Part shown: positions 58,841 to 64,000 of the stretch, in pieces | Position numbering within the stretch: the stretch's first letter is position 1 | Layout of the letters: every line of letters starts with the position of its first letter | Assembly (NCBI GenBank): GCA_045594425.1 | Contig: JAZNYK010000007.1 | Span: 72,786-136,785 of the forward strand | DNA length: 64,000 nucleotides | Direction: 5' to 3' | Source of the DNA: Clostridia bacterium | GTDB taxonomy: Bacteria > Bacillota > Clostridia > Christensenellales > UBA1242 | Notes under the pieces: model-generated | Database searches by the model: none | What the model saw: the letters and a program-made list of their open reading frames with translations, nothing else | What the model was told of the DNA's origin: nothing | Translations under genes and position numbers: made by a program

Positions 58841-59733
58841 TATTTACCCTCCTTCTTCTGTCTATCGTAAACCTTTTCAACTTTTGTTTCTTTTGAGAAT
58901 TTAAGACGTCTATTTTTCTTTTTCTTCTTTGGAACTGAACTTGCAGTTGTTTCTTGTGTTTCTTCAGATTCTTCAACTTCAACAAGTTCATTTTCGCTTT
59001 CTTTTTCTTTGATTTCTTCAATTTTTTCACCATCAATTTTGTTGGTGTTAATTTCAGAAATAAGCAATTTTTGTCTTCTTAAATTATCATATTGGAACAC
59101 TTTTTCATTTCTAATCTTTTTAACAAACTTTTGATAAGTGATTTTCTTTTCATCAAGTTTCTTTGTAACAAATCTGAAAATGTATTCTGAAACAAAACAA
59201 AGTAATCCAAGCCACAAAAGTTCAAATGTAATTGAATCGAAAAATTCATAGCCATTATACTTAAAGATTTTCTTGTCAAAAATTGTGCCGTATGCCAAAA
59301 ATTCTTTGACAATTGCAAACAATAAAGTGATTATAATATAAACCAAAACAGTTCTAATCAAACTGATAAAGAAGTTTTTTGTCAATGCTTTGCTTTCAAG
59401 ATAAACAGCATCCGCACTTAAAATAACTGTTGTTATAACCACAAAAAAACTATTATCTTGTTTTGTGAGCCCCAATATTGAATAATTTGAAACTGCATAA
59501 TCAATGATTGTTACTAGAAGTGACGACAACAATGCAACAATAAAAATCTTGAGGCTATTGTTTAAGTGTCTGTTAAACACCCAACAAACAAAAGATGAAA
59601 TCAAATAACAAACGCTTGTTGCAAGCACATAATACAACGCTTGATTAGCGTTAGACATAACCAACAATAGCGGACATATTGCAAGCACCACAATGTGGAT
59701 AAAACTCATTTCAACATTAGTTCTTATATGCAT
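58840..59733 (-). CDS. rnfE: RnfE-like membrane subunit, divergent, with ~95-aa charged C-terminal tail
   Basis: LAICPLLLVMSNANQALYYVLATS parallels canonical [30 protein letters not shown] SD 7 nt upstream of ATG 59733. Confidence 0.6.
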   Translation of the reverse strand: MHIRTNVEMSFIHIVVLAICPLLLVMSNANQALYYVLATSVCYLISSFVCWVFNRHLNNSLKIFIVALLSSLLVTIIDYAVSNYSILGLTKQDNSFFVVITTVILSADAVYLESKALTKNFFISLIRTVLVYIIITLLFAIVKEFLAYGTIFDKKIFKYNGYEFFDSITFELLWLGLLCFVSEYIFRFVTKKLDEKKITYQKFVKKIRNEKVFQYDNLRRQKLLISEINTNKIDGEKIEEIKEKESENELVEVEESEETQETTASSVPKKKKKNRRLKFSKETKVEKVYDRQKKEGK

Positions 59734-60649
59734 TTCTAAATCCTCCTAAAGAGAGTGGTTTCCACATAAAGTATCTGTCCATAAATGGAACAAGTGTGTT
59801 TACAATAAGAGCAACGAAAAATACTGTGTTTTCACCAAGCGTTCCTATCTTCCAGAAAATGGCTGACAACGCACCAAATAACACAGAATAAACAACTTTG
59901 CCAATGAATGTGTTTGGTGATGTGTTTGGGTCGGTCATCATAAACACGCTAACAAATATAAATGACCCAGAAAATAGATTAATAACAGTTGTTTCCAAAC
60001 TATTAAGCATTAATCCAACAACAAAGTATGTTAAAATTGAAATAATTGGAATTTTTAAATCTAGAACACTTGTGTATGCCAAAACAATTGCGCAAACAAC
60101 AATAACAGCAATGCAAGTGGTTCCAATTCCACCAACACCCCTGCCAAAAATCAAGTCTGAAATAGAATTTGCTCCGCCAAGTGCAACAGAAATATATTCC
60201 TCACCATTTAATGTGAGTTTATATAGTTCAGAAGCAAAGCCTGTTGAAACAACACCAGCAAAACATCTTCCAACAAGTGCTGGATTAAACTTGTTTCTTC
60301 CAAGACCACCAAATGCCATTTTCACAATAAAAATTGAAACAAATGCTGATGCAATCACAATGTAAAATGGTGCTTTATATGGCATGGTTAACGCCAAAAT
60401 TAAAGCGGTTACAAAAAATGACAAGTTATCAACAGAAAATTTCTTTCTAGAAATTAAATTGAACAAACATTCAAATATAAAACATGATGCAATGCTCACC
60501 AAAATTGGAACCAAACTTATGATTCCAAAAAACATAACACCATAAATCGCAGGAACCATCAAAGCAATCGACAAATACAAAAACATTTTGTTAATGTCAT
60601 TGTTACTGCGGATAAATGGTGCATTTGAAACAACAAAATTACTTTCCAT
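59717..60649 (-). CDS. rnfD: RnfD-like membrane subunit
   Basis: SNAPFIRS N-terminus and the FMMTDPNTSP motif typical of RnfD/NqrB. The start overlaps the rnfC stop (TAATG). Confidence 0.8.
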   Translation of the reverse strand: MESNFVVSNAPFIRSNNDINKMFLYLSIALMVPAIYGVMFFGIISLVPILVSIASCFIFECLFNLISRKKFSVDNLSFFVTALILALTMPYKAPFYIVIASAFVSIFIVKMAFGGLGRNKFNPALVGRCFAGVVSTGFASELYKLTLNGEEYISVALGGANSISDLIFGRGVGGIGTTCIAVIVVCAIVLAYTSVLDLKIPIISILTYFVVGLMLNSLETTVINLFSGSFIFVSVFMMTDPNTSPNTFIGKVVYSVLFGALSAIFWKIGTLGENTVFFVALIVNTLVPFMDRYFMWKPLSLGGFRNAYKN

Positions 60650-61962
60650 TATTCAGCACCCCTGTTCTTTTTATCTACATATTGAGCAGTTGCAATTCTT
60701 TGTGTTAAAAATCTCTTTGCTGGACACACATAAGAGCAACAACCACATTTTATACATGAATGAACCTTGTTTTTTGCAAGTTGGTCATAATTTTCAGTTA
60801 AATATAATTGGTCTAACTTTTGAGGATTCAAAAGCACAGGACAAACCGAAGAGCATTTTCCACATGAAATGCATGGATATTCTTTTTTGTTTGAAAGCAC
60901 ATCATATTTTGTTAAAAGCAATGTGTTTGTAACGAGCGAGATTGAAATATCTCTGTTGTATTGAGCAGTTCCTGATAAAATTGAACCATCAATAAGTTGA
61001 GATTCAACCGCACCATCTTGAATGCCAACAAAATCTAACACCTTGTCATAAGATGTTCCGCTTGGAATGATATAGTTTCCTTTTCTAACAATGTTGTCAC
61101 CATCAATGGTTACAACTTTGCTTGTTAGTGGTTTGTTAAATTCAACTGCACGACAAAAATTGTAGCATGATTCTGCATACTCAATAGAAATACCTTCATC
61201 CAAGAACGAATTTTTTTGATTAATTGTTTTCTTGCACAAAAGTTTTGCCAAAATATATGGATTGTCAAACGGATATTTATTTGGAATGAACTTAATTTTA
61301 AAGTCGTAATTCTTTTTTGTATCTTGAATATGCTTTTTAAGTTTGTTTGCAAGTTTGTAGTTTGCTTCAGTAAACACAAATGTGATTGTTGATGCGCTTG
61401 TGATGTTCATGAAATATTTTGCACCATTAACAACTTCTTCCATTCGATATTCAGTTAATGTTTGGTTGATTGAATTGTTTGGGTCAGTGCTGTCAAGCAA
61501 AACAATCAAGGTTTTGTAAGACCTTGCACCAACGTAAGCATATTTTAAGTATGTTGGCATACCAGAAATTGTATCGATAATACCCGCTTCTTTTAAACGA
61601 TTAATCAAACTAACGTCATTAATTGATTCAATTGCTGGCAAATCTTCAACATCACCTTTGTTGTCATTCATGATTAAAACGTGTTTTGAATAATCTCCAT
61701 AAGAGTTCATTTTTTCAAAAATATTCAAAACCTTTCCGCTTACAGGAGAAAAAATGTTGATACCAAATTTCCCAGAAGGCTTTGCTATCAAAGACCCTTG
61801 TTTAACAGTATCACCAATGTGAACAACTGGTTCAGACTCTGCAATAGATTTAACTTTTAATGGAACATTATAAAAATCCACTGGGCGCATTTGAACAATG
61901 TCAACACCAATGCTCATCTTTTTTACATATGGATAAATCCCTCTAAAACTAATCAATCCCAC
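60649..61962 (-). CDS. rnfC: RnfC-like subunit with intact 2x[4Fe-4S] motifs but a degenerate NADH/FMN-binding region
   Basis: RnfC_N-like barrel (HIGDTVKQGSLIA...PVSGKV), CISCGKCSSVCP and CIKCGCCSYVCP. GTG start at 61962 with a GAGAGG SD. Confidence 0.75.
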   Translation of the reverse strand: MGLISFRGIYPYVKKMSIGVDIVQMRPVDFYNVPLKVKSIAESEPVVHIGDTVKQGSLIAKPSGKFGINIFSPVSGKVLNIFEKMNSYGDYSKHVLIMNDNKGDVEDLPAIESINDVSLINRLKEAGIIDTISGMPTYLKYAYVGARSYKTLIVLLDSTDPNNSINQTLTEYRMEEVVNGAKYFMNITSASTITFVFTEANYKLANKLKKHIQDTKKNYDFKIKFIPNKYPFDNPYILAKLLCKKTINQKNSFLDEGISIEYAESCYNFCRAVEFNKPLTSKVVTIDGDNIVRKGNYIIPSGTSYDKVLDFVGIQDGAVESQLIDGSILSGTAQYNRDISISLVTNTLLLTKYDVLSNKKEYPCISCGKCSSVCPVLLNPQKLDQLYLTENYDQLAKNKVHSCIKCGCCSYVCPAKRFLTQRIATAQYVDKKNRGAE

Positions 61963-62046
61963 AATAAACCTCTCTATATATACATAATATATTTTATCAA
62001 AAAAGAGATTTATTGTAAAACAAAATCAAGCCATTGCAAAAATTAC

Positions 62047-62424
62047 TCAATTTTTCTTTTTCATCAAAATTATTGTTTTTACAAAGTAAAAAATACCAAC
62101 CAAAATTATAAAACTTGCAAACAGAATTTGAAGCAAATTTGAGTTCGTTTTTAAAGCAAACAAACTTGCAAAAATTGCCACCGCAGTAGATGGCACAGCA
62201 ACACAAAAAAACGACTTGAAATCAATGAGTTTATTTTTTATATAAATCACAAAACAAATAGTTGCCAAAACAACAAAGCAAACAACATTTGTAGACTGAC
62301 AAATTATCTGTTCGATTCCAAAAAACAAACTTAAAAGTGGTATTAAAAAAGTTCCACCACCCATGCCCATTCCAGCAAATATTCCAGAAAAACTTGAGAT
62401 TAATATAAATAGAAAAAATCGCAT
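62047..62424 (-). CDS. TSUP (TauE/SafE) family half-size membrane protein, C-terminal-half equivalent
   Basis: 125 aa, 4 TM helices, with GMGGGTFLIPLL in TM1. Confidence 0.7.
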   Translation of the reverse strand: MRFFLFILISSFSGIFAGMGMGGGTFLIPLLSLFFGIEQIICQSTNVVCFVVLATICFVIYIKNKLIDFKSFFCVAVPSTAVAIFASLFALKTNSNLLQILFASFIILVGIFYFVKTIILMKKKN

Positions 62425-62489
62425 TATTTTTACCCTTTTATTAATTATTTAATGCATTTTGACAATATTTTTAATGCTTTTTGCGTTTT

Positions 62490-62870
62490 TTAAAAGATTA
62501 TCATACAAACACCCGCTATCACAAGCACGACTGAAAAGATTAAATCAATGATATTGTTTTTTAATTTTTTTAAAAGTTTTGTTCCAACCAAACTTCCTAT
62601 CACACTGCCTATTCCGCAAAATAATATCAGCATATAATCAACCTGTTTTTTTACTATATAAATAACTGAACTTGAGATGCACATAAAAAGCACACAAGCA
62701 AGTGTTGTTGCGTGAGCAACCTTTGATTCAACCTTTTGAGTTAACCCTATCATAGGAACAAGCAACAACCCTCCGCCTGCTCCAAAAAATCCATTTATAA
62801 AACCAGACGCTAAACCAATGCCAATAAGCAGGGCTATATTTAAAACTTTTCTTTTTAATTCATTTTTCAC
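62490..62870 (-). CDS. TSUP (TauE/SafE) family half-size membrane protein, N-terminal-half equivalent
   Basis: 126 aa, 4 TM helices, with GAGGGLLLVPMI in TM1. GTG start. Confidence 0.7.
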   Translation of the reverse strand: MKNELKRKVLNIALLIGIGLASGFINGFFGAGGGLLLVPMIGLTQKVESKVAHATTLACVLFMCISSSVIYIVKKQVDYMLILFCGIGSVIGSLVGTKLLKKLKNNIIDLIFSVVLVIAGVCMIIF

Positions 62871-62987
62871 ATAATTAGTATTCTTGTTTTTGGCAATAAT
62901 TATAAGTGTTATTTATATCTTATTAGAAAAGCCAGTATTTGCCAGCAAATATCTACATTTTTGGACGGAAATTTTTCAAAGAAAAGG

Positions 62988-63016
62988 TTGATTTTTCTCA
63001 AGAAATATACTAAAAT
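62988..63016 (+). promoter_or_regulatory. Candidate promoter TTGATT-17-TAAAAT
   Basis: TTGATT at 62988-62993 and TAAAAT at 63011-63016, about 40 nt upstream of the ATG at 63059. Confidence 0.45.
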
Positions 63017-63058
63017 TAATTTGGTTATTTTTATCAATAATTATATAGGACGGTTTAT

Positions 63059-64000
63059 ATGAACAAAATTACTAAAACTTTAAAAAGAAACAAAAAGTCA
63101 ATTTTAAGCCTTGCTCTTGCATTCATCTTAACATTGTCTTTTAACTACTCACCAATAACCTTACTTTCAAATTGGGTAAAATCTGCCAGTGCTTACAAAT
63201 CAAAAACACTCACAGAATATTATCCAAACACAACCACTTCAAGTGAGTCAAAAATAGGTTCGGCAAATTATCCAACAGAACTTAAAGAATATTTTGAAAA
63301 AAGTAATGCTAACTTTAACATTCTTTCTTATTATAATGAAAGATTCAGTGATATCTTCTCTGAAAATGTTCACAACTACCTTTCAAACCCTTCTGCCGGA
63401 AACGCTGAATATAGACTTGCATATTTGAAGTTCTTGGAAGTTAAAGGAAACTACAACAATTTGTATGATTATTACGAAGAAGATTCTGTTTACATCAAAA
63501 CAACCTATGGATGTGAAACATTCATTTCTTATGTTGAATATTTCATCCACAACAAAACAGAATGGTCTCTTTCATCTGACAACAACGGTGCAGTTGAAGC
63601 ATTGTTCACTTCTTCTAACTATCGTTCAGAATTCTATTGTGCTCTTGCTAACTTTATGACTGATGAAATGCAAAGTGTTCAAACAATTGGTGACCTTTAT
63701 GATGCACTCCCTGCAGACATTAAAGATTCTGAATTTTATGAATATAGCCATTCATACAGCCGTGTTAAAAAATATATCGATGCAATTATTGTTAAAACAG
63801 TTGCTATCTATTCTTATGATGGAACAACTCAAAACAACAACGTTGCAGGCATTTTAGCCAACGAAGCACCTCTTACATCTTCATTCTATTATGAAGATTC
63901 TAAATATGAAATGGAAAATATTCCACTTGTTTCATATAAACAAAAATCACATACTAGCAACAATGTAACTGTTACAAAAACAGAAATCTTCTATTTTGGA
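63059..64000 (+). CDS. Secreted/surface protein, 5' part only (runs off window end)
   Basis: My own translation from ATG 63059 is open for 314 codons to the window end. It begins MNKITKTLKRNKKSILSLALAFILTL... (signal peptide) and is N/S/T/Y-rich afterwards. Absent from the ORF track because no stop lies in the window. Confidence 0.6.
   Translation, partial: MNKITKTLKRNKKSILSLALAFILTLSFNYSPITLLSNWVKSASAYKSKTLTEYYPNTTTSSESKIGSANYPTELKEYFEKSNANFNILSYYNERFSDIFSENVHNYLSNPSAGNAEYRLAYLKFLEVKGNYNNLYDYYEEDSVYIKTTYGCETFISYVEYFIHNKTEWSLSSDNNGAVEALFTSSNYRSEFYCALANFMTDEMQSVQTIGDLYDALPADIKDSEFYEYSHSYSRVKKYIDAIIVKTVAIYSYDGTTQNNNVAGILANEAPLTSSFYYEDSKYEMENIPLVSYKQKSHTSNNVTVTKTEIFYFG

Noticed and set aside
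1-64000. Screen for CRISPR arrays, IS elements/transposases, integrases, prophage modules, restriction-modification or toxin-antitoxin pairs, and rRNA.
   Set aside because: No regularly spaced direct repeats were seen, and no transposase, integrase or terminase-like ORFs. No methyltransferase motifs (DPPY, or FxGxG paired with endonuclease genes) were seen either. The only long repeats are the GT-C paralog tracts, and the only defence-like element is the small HEPN-like ORF reported above.

Overview
The window is a strongly AT-rich chromosomal segment of Bacillota (Firmicutes) type, judged by eye with no GC computed. The lineage call rests on the ctsR-mcsA-mcsB-clpC operon, a T-box pheST leader, the rplU-prp-rpmA arrangement, floA and standard-code ORFs. 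About 65 protein genes are packed tightly, and all but 7 lie on the minus strand. No rRNA, CRISPR array, IS element, integrase or prophage module was seen. Housekeeping content, in window order:
- ddl, murF, tsaE-tsaB-rimI, deoC, pheST
- obg-yhbY, nth, hpf, the ctsR operon, degV
- a SirTM-type macrodomain hydrolase and an M16 peptidase
- a six-tRNA operon (Pro-Ile2/Met-Asp-Phe-Thr-Tyr) and an ABC-F ATPase
- tspO, metG, a lone tRNA-Leu, polA, ppa, floA, ogg
- rplU-prp-rpmA, an M50 protease, minD/minE-like genes, an mreB-like gene and ppx

The most unusual items:
1. A five-gene Rnf-derived operon (C-D-E-A-B) has no rnfG and has eroded NADH/flavin and membrane Fe-S motifs.
2. Three consecutive GT-C-type membrane glycosyltransferase candidates include a recently homogenised paralog pair. 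A small ORF with Abi_2/HEPN-like motifs is translationally coupled between that pair.
3. The cytoskeletal and division ATPases carry substituted catalytic residues: MinD-like without the signature Lys, MreB-like with D->K in phosphate-1. No minC is present.
4. MurF has its N-terminal domain replaced by a polytopic membrane domain.
5. A tRNA-Leu appears to have an AAG (A34) anticodon.
6. metG has a KASSS loop in place of KMSKS. Its non-T-box attenuator leader contains a leaderless mini-ORF.
7. A -10 box (TATAAT or near-match) followed by 6 nt and ATG, with no Shine-Dalgarno, recurs at five sites and implies leaderless mRNAs.

All homology calls are by-eye motif and family recognition from the supplied translations. 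No database search or alignment program was available.
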